This document shows positions 1 through 10,705 of a DNA stretch of 64,000 bases, in pieces. Both the position numbers and the translations under genes were made by a program. Below the pieces are notes generated by a model. The model ran no database searches. It saw only the letters and a program-made list of their open reading frames with translations, and was not told where the DNA came from. The stretch lies in contig PGZS01000001.1 in NCBI GenBank assembly GCA_002841435.1, positions 5,328-69,327 of the forward strand, in the 5' to 3' direction. The stretch comes from Firmicutes bacterium HGW-Firmicutes-3. GTDB taxonomy: Bacteria; Bacillota; Clostridia; Lachnospirales; Vallitaleaceae. Position 1 is the stretch's first letter, and each line of letters opens with the position of its first letter.

Positions 1-1026
1 CGGGTCTTTGATTTCTTGTCCCAGCATTTGATAGCCACCACATATACCTATGATGGTCTTACCTTGACCATGAGCCTCTTTAATCCACTGATCCATTTTT
101 AGACTCTTAATATAATCAAGGTCTTTTATGGTACTTTTACTTCCGGGCAAAATAATCAGATCCGATTTTTCAAAATCCTCTTGCGTTGAAATATATTGTA
201 CGCCTACGTCCGGTTCCAATTCAAAAGGTGTAAAATCTGTAAAATTCGACAAATAAGGTAATCGTACAACACCAATCTGTATTGGAGATGTATTTCTACT
301 TAAAAAACGCTCCGTCACACTGTCCTCATCATCCACATTAATAGTTTCAAATGGTATCACGCCAAGACAGGGAATCGGCAAGCGTTCATAAAACATTTCT
401 ATACCCGGTTCTAAAAGCGTTACATCGCCTCTAAACTTATTGATGATATAGCCTTTTATCCTTTTTTGTTCTGATAGTGACAACAGCATATAAGTTCCGT
501 ATATTGAGGCAAAAACACCGCCTTTGTCAATATCTCCTATCAAGATAACAGGTGTATCAATCTCCTCAGCCAAGCCCATATTTACAATATCATTTTTTCT
601 AAGGTTGATTTCAGCTGGACTACCGGCACCTTCAACAACTATGATTTCATAAGCCTCGTCCAATATCTTATACGCTTTTTTCACTTCAGTCATTAGCTTT
701 TCCTTATGACTGTAATAATCCGAGGCAGATAAGTTCATATAGACTTCACCATTAACAATGACCTGGCTTCCCATGTCACTGGTTGGTTTTAGTAATATAG
801 GATTCATACTTACATGTGGTTCTATTCTAGCCGCCTCTGCTTGAACCACCTGTGCTCTACCCATTTCTTTACCTTCTTTTGTAACATAAGCATTTAGAGC
901 CATGTTTTGTGATTTAAATGGGGCAACCTTGTAACCTTCATCATTTAATATGCGACAAAGTGCTGCTGTAATCACACTTTTCCCTACAGTTGACCCGGTC
1001 CCTTGAAACATGATATTCTTTGCCAT
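1..1026 (-). CDS. cobQ: Cobyric acid synthase (partial; runs off the left edge of the window)
   Basis: Not in the ORF track. Reverse strand reads MAKNIMFQGTGSTVGKS...VAPFKSQNMALN...EMGRAQVVQAEAA...MNPILLKP...EGAGSPAEINL, typical CobQ motifs. AGGAG RBS at 1031-1035. Confidence 0.95.
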   Translation of the reverse strand, partial: MAKNIMFQGTGSTVGKSVITAALCRILNDEGYKVAPFKSQNMALNAYVTKEGKEMGRAQVVQAEAARIEPHVSMNPILLKPTSDMGSQVIVNGEVYMNLSASDYYSHKEKLMTEVKKAYKILDEAYEIIVVEGAGSPAEINLRKNDIVNMGLAEEIDTPVILIGDIDKGGVFASIYGTYMLLSLSEQKRIKGYIINKFRGDVTLLEPGIEMFYERLPIPCLGVIPFETINVDDEDSVTERFLSRNTSPIQIGVVRLPYLSNFTDFTPFELEPDVGVQYISTQEDFEKSDLIILPGSKSTIKDLDYIKSLKMDQWIKEAHGQGKTIIGICGGYQMLGQEIKDP

Positions 1027-1104
1027 CATACTCCTTCCAATGAGCACTTTTAAAGAAAGGTAAAATAAAAGTCCCATTATTTCCACGCGAAATTTGGAAT
1101 CAAC

Positions 1105-1256
1105 AAATCATACAGCAAGTATCCTGACTCAGACATCAACCCTCAACACATCTTCCCGACTTTCATCAGTGATTCGCCTTTATGGCCAGTGTTTCAGTAG
1201 TCATTACAGTAGCGGTGGCTGTGTCGGCTTTTACCGACTTCCATGCTGTATGATTT
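1105..1256 (-). ncRNA. Cobalamin riboswitch upstream of cobQ
   Basis: Minus strand has GGAAGTCGGTAAAAGCCGACACAGCCACCGCTACTGTA ... CACTG ... GGGAAG ... GAGTCAGGATAC (B12-box). It is closed by a perfect 13-bp stem (1105-1117 / 1244-1256) and lies in the cobQ leader. Confidence 0.9.
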
Positions 1257-1320
1257 TATATATTCTTTGTCTAACTATACCTATGTCCTAATAAAAAGTC
1301 AATCCTGAATTCCTAATTAA

Positions 1321-1734
1321 TTACTCTAGCCTAGGTTTTTTCATAAATTTTTCCGGATCTTGCATGAAGCCATACTTCTGATAAAGTCCATGAGCATCTC
1401 TCGTTGCCAAAATTCCCATTAAGCCTTCTATGGCCTTGTTTTCTTCAATACAATTCATCAATGCCTTGCCAAGACCTTTACCCCGATGGGCTTCATCAAT
1501 GACAATATCTGCAACCCAATACATGGTTGCATAGTCCGTAACGACTCTACCAAAGCCTACCATTTCACCTTCTAAATAAACGCCGTAGCATATAGAGTTA
1601 GCCACACTTTTTTCTATGACTTGAACCGAACGATCTTTGGCCCAGTATGTACCTTTTAATAAGCCATGAATGATATTCAATTGAAGCTTCTTCTTGTCAT
1701 CACTAATCTCATATTCATTAACAAATATATTCAC
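1321..1734 (-). CDS. GNAT family N-acetyltransferase
   Basis: Acetyl-CoA motif A (IVIDEAHRGKGLGK) and LATRDAHGLYQKYGF; GTG start with GGAGG RBS. Confidence 0.85.
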   Translation of the reverse strand: MNIFVNEYEISDDKKKLQLNIIHGLLKGTYWAKDRSVQVIEKSVANSICYGVYLEGEMVGFGRVVTDYATMYWVADIVIDEAHRGKGLGKALMNCIEENKAIEGLMGILATRDAHGLYQKYGFMQDPEKFMKKPRLE

Positions 1735-1746
1735 AATCCTACCTCC

Positions 1747-2658
1747 TTATAATACTTCATCTACTTCACCATTTTCTATAGCTCTCACTTTTTCACTATT
1801 TTTCATTTCATAAAGTACAATCGAAAGCGTCAACCATATACCTAGTGCAATAATTGTACCATAAAATCCTGAATTTTCCCCTACTTTATACGTATAAAAA
1901 TATTGGTCATGAGATATACCGTTGAAGGTCATATGTAAAGTACCAAAATCTTTTTGCTGATCAATAACCGATTTAGCCCGAATGGCTATGGCACTTAAAA
2001 ATGTTACATTTAGAAAGATATAGTTTAGACCTATTACAACCAAGTTCACAATCGCCAGATTTCTGATTATAGCCATACCAGTAAATGCTTTATACAAGAA
2101 AGCCACACAGCAGGCAGCAAGGCTAGATGCCAATAATACAGCCATGGCTAGCATAATATACATATGTATAGCGGATAGTATTGAAGTAGATAGAACACCA
2201 TCTGATTTCTTAATCATTTTATGTTCATTCATTGCAGATCCACTATAATTAAACAGGTCATATCCTGAAAATTCAATGTAAGATTCATTCTCTGTTTCTT
2301 GAAAATATTTCTGAGTATATGAATTGTTGACAAACCCGTAGTCAACAGTCGTACCGGATATGGTAAACCAATTTGTAAACAAGGATAATATAAATAGAAT
2401 AATCGATACAAAAATCATATACCGAATCCCTTGAATCCATCTATCTCCTGTATTTAATCTCTTAACTTTTCTAAAGCTATTTTTCTTTCCCAGGTCACCA
2501 CCATCGACTTCTATATCTTCTGAAGACCCCATAATATCTTCTTCTATAAGGCTGTTGATAATTAAATCCACATCCTCCATATTAGGCTTACTGTGCCCAC
2601 AAACATGGCAAACCTCTGCCTTATCTTTAAGTTCTGCTTTACACTGAGAACACAACAC
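1747..2658 (-). CDS. Membrane protein with N-terminal zinc ribbon
   Basis: CxxC-x10-CxxC at the N-terminus and about four hydrophobic segments. Confidence 0.7.
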   Translation of the reverse strand: MLCSQCKAELKDKAEVCHVCGHSKPNMEDVDLIINSLIEEDIMGSSEDIEVDGGDLGKKNSFRKVKRLNTGDRWIQGIRYMIFVSIILFILSLFTNWFTISGTTVDYGFVNNSYTQKYFQETENESYIEFSGYDLFNYSGSAMNEHKMIKKSDGVLSTSILSAIHMYIMLAMAVLLASSLAACCVAFLYKAFTGMAIIRNLAIVNLVVIGLNYIFLNVTFLSAIAIRAKSVIDQQKDFGTLHMTFNGISHDQYFYTYKVGENSGFYGTIIALGIWLTLSIVLYEMKNSEKVRAIENGEVDEVL

Positions 2659-2800
2659 ACCATCACCTACCCTCTACTAATAGCCATTAGCACAAGATTA
2701 ATTATAACATAAAAAATGGTATAGAAAACAGTAAGTATACATTCTTCTAACCTTTCCTTTGATTGGACTAGATAAAAATAAACACTTACTGCTAAATTGA

Positions 2801-2831
2801 GTTTTATGGCAGGGTTTTATGGCAGGGTTTT
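2801..2831. repeat. Short tandem duplication, 13-bp unit GTTTTATGGCAGG x2.4
   Basis: Seen directly just downstream of pfkA. Confidence 0.7.
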
Positions 2832-2860
2832 CATAGGACCTATATAACTAAGCCATTCTT

Positions 2861-3838
2861 TTATCTGGTCTCCAACATCTGACTAACCTCATATTGCCTA
2901 CTGCTAATATCTTTTTGCATCGCCAAAGCTTCTTCAATATCAAAATCAACATAAGTATTGTTCTTAAAGCCTACAACACGGTTGCTTTCACCTTTACATA
3001 TCAAATCAACAGCATAAGCACCCATCATGGATGCATGCATGCGATCTAAGGCAGTTGGGCTACCACCCCTTTGTAAATGACCTAGAATCGTTGCTCTGGT
3101 TTCAATGCCCGTAGCCGCCTCAATCCTTTTAGCCAAATCATCCGAACCACCAACACCCTCTGACATAATAATCAGATTATGACGCTTACCTCTTTTACGG
3201 TTCATCAATATCTTTTCAATCAGTTCTTCTTCTTTAATGTTCTCAACTTCCGGTAGAAATACATATTCCGCACCATTTACAATACCACACCACAAAGCAA
3301 TATAGCCGGCATCACGGCCCATGACTTCTACAACAGAACAACGCTCATGGGAGGTTGATGTATCTCTAAGACGATCAATGGCTTCCATAGCTGTATTAAC
3401 AGCCGTATCAAAACCGATGGTATAATCCGTACAATCAATATCAAGATCAATGGTACCCGGAATCCCTATGGTATTAATACCCAGATTTGCCAACTTACCT
3501 GCACCTTTGAAAGAACCGTCACCACCAATAACAACCAACCCGTCGATGCCAAAAACCTTACACATATCAGCACCTTTTTGTTGGACTTCCGGTTGCAAAA
3601 ACTCAATGCAACGCGCTGTATATAACATAGTACCACCTCTTTGGATGGTATCTGAAACACTTCTTGCATCCATTTCAAATATATCGCCATTAATGAGCCC
3701 TTGATAGCCTTTTCGAATACCCATAACTCTTTTTCCACGTGCTAATGCTGTTCGAACAACAGCTCTTATTGCTGCGTTCATACCCGGTGCATCACCACCA
3801 CTTGTTAACACACCAATGGTTTTAATCTCTTTAGACAT
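2861..3838 (-). CDS. pfkA: ATP-dependent 6-phosphofructokinase
   Basis: TSGGDAPGMN, GGDGS, PGTIDxDI, MGR and LGHLQRGG motifs. Confidence 0.97.
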   Translation of the reverse strand: MSKEIKTIGVLTSGGDAPGMNAAIRAVVRTALARGKRVMGIRKGYQGLINGDIFEMDARSVSDTIQRGGTMLYTARCIEFLQPEVQQKGADMCKVFGIDGLVVIGGDGSFKGAGKLANLGINTIGIPGTIDLDIDCTDYTIGFDTAVNTAMEAIDRLRDTSTSHERCSVVEVMGRDAGYIALWCGIVNGAEYVFLPEVENIKEEELIEKILMNRKRGKRHNLIIMSEGVGGSDDLAKRIEAATGIETRATILGHLQRGGSPTALDRMHASMMGAYAVDLICKGESNRVVGFKNNTYVDFDIEEALAMQKDISSRQYEVSQMLETR

Positions 3839-3945
3839 CTTCTTACCTCCACATTTTCATTGAGCTCTTAGCACATTTGTAAATTCACTCAACTATGCCT
3901 CACTTGGTTTCTCATTTTCTCACGCTATATTGTATACCACATTCT

Positions 3946-6900
3946 TTAGAATTTCAATAGACTTTTCACAACTTTGACATTATCCTTATCCATCAAGGCT
4001 TCCAGTTTTTCAATCAAACCGGGCCCAATGGTAACCAGGTAATTGCCACCAAAGTCATTTTTTCGTTTGGTGTCTTTAAGATAGGCTATAACCGGTGACT
4101 GTCCCTGCTCCACTTTTAGCAAAGGCGTTATTTCTTTAATGACAGACTGGTAATGCTCTAAGTTGTCAAACTGAATATAGAGGACTTCTTTTAAAACATC
4201 TTCAAGACGCCTAATCGTTTGACAGACAATCTTACCATCTTGATCCTCTTGAGTGGAAACCCTACCTTTCACAATAACGACTTCATCTTCATTTAAATAA
4301 TGTCGATTGGCCTCATAATCATTTGGAAATACAACAACTTCAACGGTTCCAAACAAGTCTTCCACGCTTAAAAATGCCATTGTTTGGTTGTTTCTCGTGG
4401 TCTTAACTACTTTGTTACTGATGATTCCACCATACTTTACCAAAGTACCATCGGTCACTTTGAAGGTTCCATCCACCAAAGGTTGAAAATCCAAGCTCTT
4501 ATTGGTCAGTACCCTATTTAACACGTCTGCATAATCTTCAAGAGGATGCCCTGACAAATAAATACCCATGACCTCTTTTTCATAGGTTAACAATTGTTCT
4601 TTAGAGAATTCGCCAACTACTTCAAAACGATCGGCTTTGTTTTCCTGCATTTCTTCTGTAAGATCAAAAAGATTGATCTGACCGTTAATCGTTGCTTTCT
4701 TTTCATGGTTGATGGCTTCAAGTACAAATTTGTAATTATGAATATATTGTTTTCTTGTGCCGCCAAGAGATGTAAAAGCACCGGCATATATAAGGTTCTC
4801 CATCATACGTTTGTTAAGGTCTTTAGCATCCATACGGGTACAAAAATCCGTCAAAGATACAAAGGGACCATGAGCTTCTCTCTCAGCAACCAAATGGTCA
4901 ATTACGCCTCTTCCCACGTTCTTCACAGCCGCTAAGCCAAATCGAATCTTACCCCCCGATACTGAAAAGTTGTAATAGCCTTCGTTAATGTCCGGCGGAA
5001 GTACATCAATTCCCATAGCTTTTAGACTGTAAATATATTCTGCTACTTTACCCCCACCAAACATAACGGAAGTTAATAAAGCCGCCATGAATTCCACAGG
5101 ATAATAGGCTTTAAGCCAAGCGGTTTGATAAGCAATAATCGCATAGGCCGCTGCATGTGATTTATTAAAGGCGTATTTTGCAAAATCTGTCATTTTATCA
5201 AATATTCTGTTCGCTGCAGATGCATCTATGCCGTTGTTCACACAACCCAATACGCCTTCTTCTTTATTCCCATATATAAAGTTTGCCCGCTCCTTTAGCA
5301 TCACATCTTCTTTTTTCTTAGACATAGCACGACGTACTAAGTCACTTCGTCCTAAAGTATAGCCCGCCAGATCTCTAACAATCTGCATAACCTGTTCTTG
5401 ATAGACAATGACACCATAAGTCGGCTTAAGAATCGGTTCAAGCTGGGGGCAATCATAAGTGATGTCTTTTGCATGACGGCTACCTTGAATATAAGCCGGG
5501 ATAAATTCCATTGGTCCCGGTCTGTACAATGATATCCCCGCAATAATATCCTCAAGACTTTGTGGTTTTAAGTCTTTCATAAAGTTTTTCATGCCGTCAC
5601 TTTCAAGTTGAAATACACCTTCTGTCTTAGCCGTCCCAATGAGTTCAAACACCTTAGGGTCATTGTCATCAATAAGGTTCATATCCAGTTGGATACCTTG
5701 GGATTTTTTAACATTTAGAATGGCATCTTGAATAACCGTTAATGTACGAAGACCTAAAAAATCCATCTTTAACAATCCCAATCGTTCTAGGGTATTCATG
5801 GTAAACTGAGTCGTAACCGCATCATCATTGGTATTTAGTGGTACATATTCATTGACGGCACGATCGCAAATAACCACACCGGCCGCATGAGTCGAACTGT
5901 GTCTTGTTAATCCTTCTAGGCGTTTTGACATATCAATCAAATACTTAACTTGTTCATCTTCATCATAAAGATTTTGAAGTTCTTTGTTCATCGTTAGAGC
6001 TTTTTTTATCGTGATTTTTAGTTCTTGGGGAATCATTTTGGCAACCTTATCCACTTCATTATAAGGCATATCAAGGGCGCGACCTACATCTCTAATAGCA
6101 GCTCTTGCAGCCATTGTTCCAAAAGTGATAATCTGAGCAACCTTGTCTTCACCATATTTTTTGACAACATAATCAATCACTTCTTGTCTACGTTCATAAC
6201 AAAAATCTATATCAATATCCGGCATACTTATTCGTTCCGGATTCAAAAATCGTTCAAACAACAAGTTGTATTTCAACGGGTCAATATCTGTAATTTTCAA
6301 ACAATAGGAAACCAAACTACCTGCAGCGGAGCCACGACCCGGACCCACCATAATGTGATGGTCTCGTGCAAACTTGATAAAATCCCACGTAATGAGAAAA
6401 TAGTCAATAAAACCCATCTCTTCAATGACCTTTAGCTCATAATTAAGTCGTTCTTCATGTGCCTCTGTTATATTTACATAACGTTCCTTAAGACCTTCAT
6501 AGCAGATATCCTTGATATATATACGTTTGTCTATACTTTCATCCAATTCATACTTAGGTAGTTTGTATTGTCCAAACTCAAAATCAACTTGGCATCGACT
6601 TGCAATTTCCACTGTATTTCTAAGCGCCTCCGGTGCATAAGAAAAAAGTACTGACATCTCCTCCGGTGACTTTAAATAAAACTGTCCTCCCGAATAACGC
6701 ATACGGTCTTCATCTGTCACCTTTTTATTGGTTTGAATACACAGAAGAATATCATGGGCTTCCACATCCTCTTTATACGTATAATGCACGTCATTGGTTG
6801 CAACCAGTGGTATAGAGAGTTCTTCACTCATCTCAATCAACGCTTTATTGACAAGATGCTGTTCCTCGTAACCATGATCTTGTAACTCAAGGAAAAAGTT

Positions 6901-7425
6901 ACCTTGTCCGAAGATTTTATTATAAGTCATAGCAACTTCTTTTGCTTGTATCTTATCGCCTCTAAGAATCTCGTTGGGGACATGGCCGCCTAGACAGGCA
7001 CTGAGTCCAATAATACCTTTACTAAATCTTTCAAGTAAATCCAAATCAATTCTTGGTTTATAGTAAAAACCTTCTGTAAAGCCATCCGACACAAGACGCA
7101 TCAGATTTTGATAACCTTCTTGATTTTCAGCCAACAGTACCAAATGATAGTAGGTATTATCAATGCCTGTTTCTTTATCTGTTCTTTTACGATTCGCCAC
7201 ATAGACTTCACACCCAATAATTGGTTTGATGCCTTGTTTAATGGCCTCGTCGTAAAAGTCAACAACACCATACATGACACCATGGTCTGTTATGGCTATG
7301 CTCTTCATACCCAAATCTTTAACCTGTCCAATAAGTTCATCAATCTTACTGGATCCATCTAACAGACTGTATTGGGTATGAACATGTAAATGGGCAAATT
7401 CTATTTTAGAATCTTTTGTCGTCAT
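3946..7425 (-). CDS. dnaE: DNA polymerase III alpha subunit (DnaE type)
   Basis: PHP domain (HLHVHTQYSLLDG), GPGRGSAAGS, SMPDIDIDF, FAKYAFNKSHA and a C-terminal OB fold. ATG at 7425 has a GAGGA RBS; the track start 7446 is a TTG. Confidence 0.97.
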   Translation of the reverse strand: MTTKDSKIEFAHLHVHTQYSLLDGSSKIDELIGQVKDLGMKSIAITDHGVMYGVVDFYDEAIKQGIKPIIGCEVYVANRKRTDKETGIDNTYYHLVLLAENQEGYQNLMRLVSDGFTEGFYYKPRIDLDLLERFSKGIIGLSACLGGHVPNEILRGDKIQAKEVAMTYNKIFGQGNFFLELQDHGYEEQHLVNKALIEMSEELSIPLVATNDVHYTYKEDVEAHDILLCIQTNKKVTDEDRMRYSGGQFYLKSPEEMSVLFSYAPEALRNTVEIASRCQVDFEFGQYKLPKYELDESIDKRIYIKDICYEGLKERYVNITEAHEERLNYELKVIEEMGFIDYFLITWDFIKFARDHHIMVGPGRGSAAGSLVSYCLKITDIDPLKYNLLFERFLNPERISMPDIDIDFCYERRQEVIDYVVKKYGEDKVAQIITFGTMAARAAIRDVGRALDMPYNEVDKVAKMIPQELKITIKKALTMNKELQNLYDEDEQVKYLIDMSKRLEGLTRHSSTHAAGVVICDRAVNEYVPLNTNDDAVTTQFTMNTLERLGLLKMDFLGLRTLTVIQDAILNVKKSQGIQLDMNLIDDNDPKVFELIGTAKTEGVFQLESDGMKNFMKDLKPQSLEDIIAGISLYRPGPMEFIPAYIQGSRHAKDITYDCPQLEPILKPTYGVIVYQEQVMQIVRDLAGYTLGRSDLVRRAMSKKKEDVMLKERANFIYGNKEEGVLGCVNNGIDASAANRIFDKMTDFAKYAFNKSHAAAYAIIAYQTAWLKAYYPVEFMAALLTSVMFGGGKVAEYIYSLKAMGIDVLPPDINEGYYNFSVSGGKIRFGLAAVKNVGRGVIDHLVAEREAHGPFVSLTDFCTRMDAKDLNKRMMENLIYAGAFTSLGGTRKQYIHNYKFVLEAINHEKKATINGQINLFDLTEEMQENKADRFEVVGEFSKEQLLTYEKEVMGIYLSGHPLEDYADVLNRVLTNKSLDFQPLVDGTFKVTDGTLVKYGGIISNKVVKTTRNNQTMAFLSVEDLFGTVEVVVFPNDYEANRHYLNEDEVVIVKGRVSTQEDQDGKIVCQTIRRLEDVLKEVLYIQFDNLEHYQSVIKEITPLLKVEQGQSPVIAYLKDTKRKNDFGGNYLVTIGPGLIEKLEALMDKDNVKVVKSLLKF

Positions 7426-7516
7426 GTTTTTCCTCGATTCATTCAAGTGTTCTCTCTCTGTAGTAATGTCATTGTATTTAGATTCAATTCTAACATAAAC
7501 TGCAGCAAATTGAAAC

Positions 7517-8062
7517 TCAAGCCATCTTATCTCGAATGGTCATTTTCTCTTCAGCAACATCATTTATATAGTTCAAATAGCGACCGAGGGCATACATATA
7601 GTCTGCAAGTCGATTTAAATACTTCAAATCCGTAGGATAATCATCTCCCACATAGGCTCTAACAAATGCTCTCTCTCCACGTCTAATAATGCTTCTTATG
7701 AGTTGAGCAAAAGTAGCTGTTTGATGCCCACTATAGTAAAGAAATGTTGTCTGAGCCCCAAAAACACCGGTCATCCTGTCAATCTCTACCTCAAGAATTG
7801 ACACATCTTCTTCTATAATAAGTTTTTGGGTAAAGCCATAGGTTATATCACTACCCATTCTAAAAAGGGCATATTGAATATCTCTTAGTATACCTTCTAA
7901 TGTAGGGTGCTTTCCTTCCATCAAGGATCTTAGGTAACCTAAGGCCGCATTCGCTTCATCTATGGTCCCCTGCAACTCTAGTAGTGCTTCTGATTTCTTA
8001 ATTGGTTCTCCATTTATATTACTGGTATAACCTTGATCTCCTTTTTTTGTATATATTTTCAT
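7517..8062 (-). CDS. ATP:cob(I)alamin adenosyltransferase, PduO type
   Basis: MKIYTKKGDxGxT, GTIDEANA, RRGER and KYLNRLADY motifs. Confidence 0.9.
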   Translation of the reverse strand: MKIYTKKGDQGYTSNINGEPIKKSEALLELQGTIDEANAALGYLRSLMEGKHPTLEGILRDIQYALFRMGSDITYGFTQKLIIEEDVSILEVEIDRMTGVFGAQTTFLYYSGHQTATFAQLIRSIIRRGERAFVRAYVGDDYPTDLKYLNRLADYMYALGRYLNYINDVAEEKMTIRDKMA

Positions 8063-8169
8063 TATAGCGCCTCCTTGTTAAGAATCATTATCATAGTTAT
8101 ATTATAGCATTCTCCCATAATAAAACAAATAAAAAAGCCAATCTATAACAGCATTGGCATTTAAATAAT

Positions 8170-8688
8170 CTATGACTGGGTTGGAACTTCAACCTCATCT
8201 ATATCAGGATCACCAAAGCTTGGCTCATCTTCTATCTCAATTTCTATCGAATCTTCTTGATCAACACGCTTGATCTCAAGTCCTGCATATTTAATGTTAT
8301 AGTCAATGGTTAGGCGCTTCGATGTGGTGTCGTCCGGTCTATAATCCACCTGATTACTAACACCCGCCTTATCTGCAATACCATCTACTTTTACATTCCA
8401 ATCCGTAGGCACGATAATCTCCACACCGGCAAATTCAGCATAAATTCTAAGAGATGCACTGTCTCCCACCATTTTTGCCTGACTCAGGTCAATCTCCACT
8501 CCAGCAAATATCGCTGCATAAGAGTCGCCTTCAAATGTTTCATACTTTTTCTCTGATCCGTTAAATGCTATAACTTGATCATAGGTTGCTTTAAGAACCT
8601 TGACCTTTGTCATGGTTTTATACGCTGCATAGCCACCACCGGCTATAGCTGCCAAACCTGCCACACCAATTATCTTACTCTTTTTCAT
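8170..8688 (-). CDS. Membrane-anchored LiaF-related (cell-wall-antibiotic response) domain protein
   Basis: N-terminal hydrophobic anchor and repeated FAGVEIDL/FAGVEIIVPTDW beta motifs. Confidence 0.6.
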   Translation of the reverse strand: MKKSKIIGVAGLAAIAGGGYAAYKTMTKVKVLKATYDQVIAFNGSEKKYETFEGDSYAAIFAGVEIDLSQAKMVGDSASLRIYAEFAGVEIIVPTDWNVKVDGIADKAGVSNQVDYRPDDTTSKRLTIDYNIKYAGLEIKRVDQEDSIEIEIEDEPSFGDPDIDEVEVPTQS

Positions 8689-8703
8689 AGAAATACCTCC
8701 GTT

Positions 8704-9414
8704 TCATTCAACTTCATTAATAATAGTTTCATAGTCGATAACCAAATTCCGACCTTTTTCTTTTGCTTTTCTAAGAGCCATTTCTAGAATCATGACCCAA
8801 TCATCTACATCCATAGCAGCATCTCTATCTGCCACACCAAAAGAGCAGGTTAGATTACCTACTGTATCAAAAGTTGCACTTTCAATAGTTTTTCTTAGTT
8901 TTTGTGCCAGCCACTCTGCTTGTACGTTATTGGTTGTGGGCACAACCAATATAAAGGTTTCTCCATACCAACGTCCTAGTACATCTGTTGTTCGAATATT
9001 ATTTTTAATAACTCCAGCCAATGTTTCAAGGATTTGATCACCTATTTCCCCACCATGCTCTTCAATAATTTCATGCCATCCATCAATTTCAAAAAGTATG
9101 AGAGATAAAGGTGAATGATACCGCTTCCCTCTTGACCATTCAATGTCTATAACACTTTGCATCTTCATCGGATTAAACACTTTTGTTAGTGCATCCATTT
9201 CTGACAATTGAGACATTTCCTCCATACGTAGCTCCATTTTACCAATAAGTGCCATATAATCGTTTAACAGATTTTTTGAAAAATCCTTAAGATTTTTTTT
9301 ATGACCTTCATCTTTAAGATAATTTTTTAGTGCTTCATAACAATCATGGTCTCTCTGGGCATCATACCCATTTTTTTCAAGATACTCAATCGTCTTTTCC
9401 GGTAAATAACGCAT
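8704..9414 (-). CDS. GGDEF-domain protein with degenerate active site (RWYGETF)
   Basis: DALTKVFN...SFGVA...AKEKGRN framework is present, but the signature GG(D/E)EF is replaced by YGETF. Confidence 0.85.
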   Translation of the reverse strand: MRYLPEKTIEYLEKNGYDAQRDHDCYEALKNYLKDEGHKKNLKDFSKNLLNDYMALIGKMELRMEEMSQLSEMDALTKVFNPMKMQSVIDIEWSRGKRYHSPLSLILFEIDGWHEIIEEHGGEIGDQILETLAGVIKNNIRTTDVLGRWYGETFILVVPTTNNVQAEWLAQKLRKTIESATFDTVGNLTCSFGVADRDAAMDVDDWVMILEMALRKAKEKGRNLVIDYETIINEVE

Positions 9415-9481
9415 TATATGCCACCTCTCACTTAATTATAGGATGTAATCACCATTGTGCCAAGTTCTACTCTCTAAAACC

Positions 9482-10705
9482 TTATGCTTCCATTTCTCTT
9501 TTATGAGCATACATTTTTTGATCCGCGAGCTTAATGAGTTCCTTATAATGTTTTTCATCTGTAGGACACTGAACAACACCATAACTATAGGAAACAAAAA
9601 CCACATCTTCGCCAGCTTTAATGGGATCATTTGCCAACTTTTCATTTATTTTCTCAATCAAAGCATAAGCCTCATTCTTTGTCCAGTGTGGTAATAGAAT
9701 ATTAAACTCGTCGCCACCATATCGCCCAAATACACATTTTTCAGTCAATAGACTCGAAACGTTTTTAGTGAAATGTCGAATCAGCCGGTCTCCAATATCA
9801 TGACCATAAGTATCGTTGACTTCTTTTAGATTGTTTAAGTCTGTAGCAATGAAAATATAATCTTTAATTGCCGGATCGCTATAAATCTTCTTATGCATTT
9901 CATAAAAGTAGCCTCTATTATAGATTTTGGTCATATCATCGTATCTAGACAAGTATATATTCTCATTCATAACTTGAGTATAACGAATCATTCTGCCCAC
10001 CTCATAAGCAAATATCTCAAGAGTATCCACTTCTTTCTGAGTAAAAGCATCATACTTACAACTATCTACATTCAGCATACCAAAAACCTTACCATTTACC
10101 ATAATAGGTGTACATACAGTTGACCTAATTGTATTCTTGTCATCCTTTATAATCTGATCTAAATGGGCTAATCTATTTTGCTTTTTGATATACGATACCG
10201 TATCCGGTATGATAACGGTCCGATTCATCTTACCTTCTGTCTCTTTATATAAGTAAGTATTTTTTAAGCTTAATCTCATCTTGTTCAGTTGTTCAAAGCT
10301 ATAACCTTCATAGGCTTTGAACTGTACCAGATCAGGACTTGTCACATCCATGATTGTGCCTCGGTTAGCATAAGGTATCGCTCTAATGGCGGCCTTAAGA
10401 ATCAATTCACAAGTCTCGTCTATGGAATGCTTTAACGATGTCTGGTGGAATAGATCATATAGAATATCCTTCAAAATAAGATCTTGCTTCAAATCCTTTG
10501 TTGCTTTCATAAATCTCACCGATAACAATATGTTAAAGATAATCATGAGTAATGCGTTAATGGCTATTGCTATTGATATTAACATAGTCCGGTCCTGAAT
10601 ATCATATAAGGTAACAAGAATAAAGGTAATTGCAACCGCTAAAATTGCAAGTATAAAGGTAGTAACAATTGCAATATACAATTCTATTGATCTTAGACGG
10701 CCCAT
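9482..10705 (-). CDS. Membrane-bound GAF-GGDEF diguanylate cyclase
   Basis: Two N-terminal TM helices, a GAF-like segment (CTPIMVNGKVFGMLNVDS) and intact NDTYGHDIGD...RYGGDEF. Confidence 0.9.
   Translation of the reverse strand: MGRLRSIELYIAIVTTFILAILAVAITFILVTLYDIQDRTMLISIAIAINALLMIIFNILLSVRFMKATKDLKQDLILKDILYDLFHQTSLKHSIDETCELILKAAIRAIPYANRGTIMDVTSPDLVQFKAYEGYSFEQLNKMRLSLKNTYLYKETEGKMNRTVIIPDTVSYIKKQNRLAHLDQIIKDDKNTIRSTVCTPIMVNGKVFGMLNVDSCKYDAFTQKEVDTLEIFAYEVGRMIRYTQVMNENIYLSRYDDMTKIYNRGYFYEMHKKIYSDPAIKDYIFIATDLNNLKEVNDTYGHDIGDRLIRHFTKNVSSLLTEKCVFGRYGGDEFNILLPHWTKNEAYALIEKINEKLANDPIKAGEDVVFVSYSYGVVQCPTDEKHYKELIKLADQKMYAHKREMEA

Noticed and set aside
1094-1291. 65-aa plus-strand ORF in the track
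   Set aside because: It is antisense to the cobalamin riboswitch, has a TTG start with no RBS, and has no protein-like features.
2861-7425. dnaE-pfkA adjacency without pyk
   Set aside because: A common Firmicute arrangement; the absence of pyk here is unremarkable.
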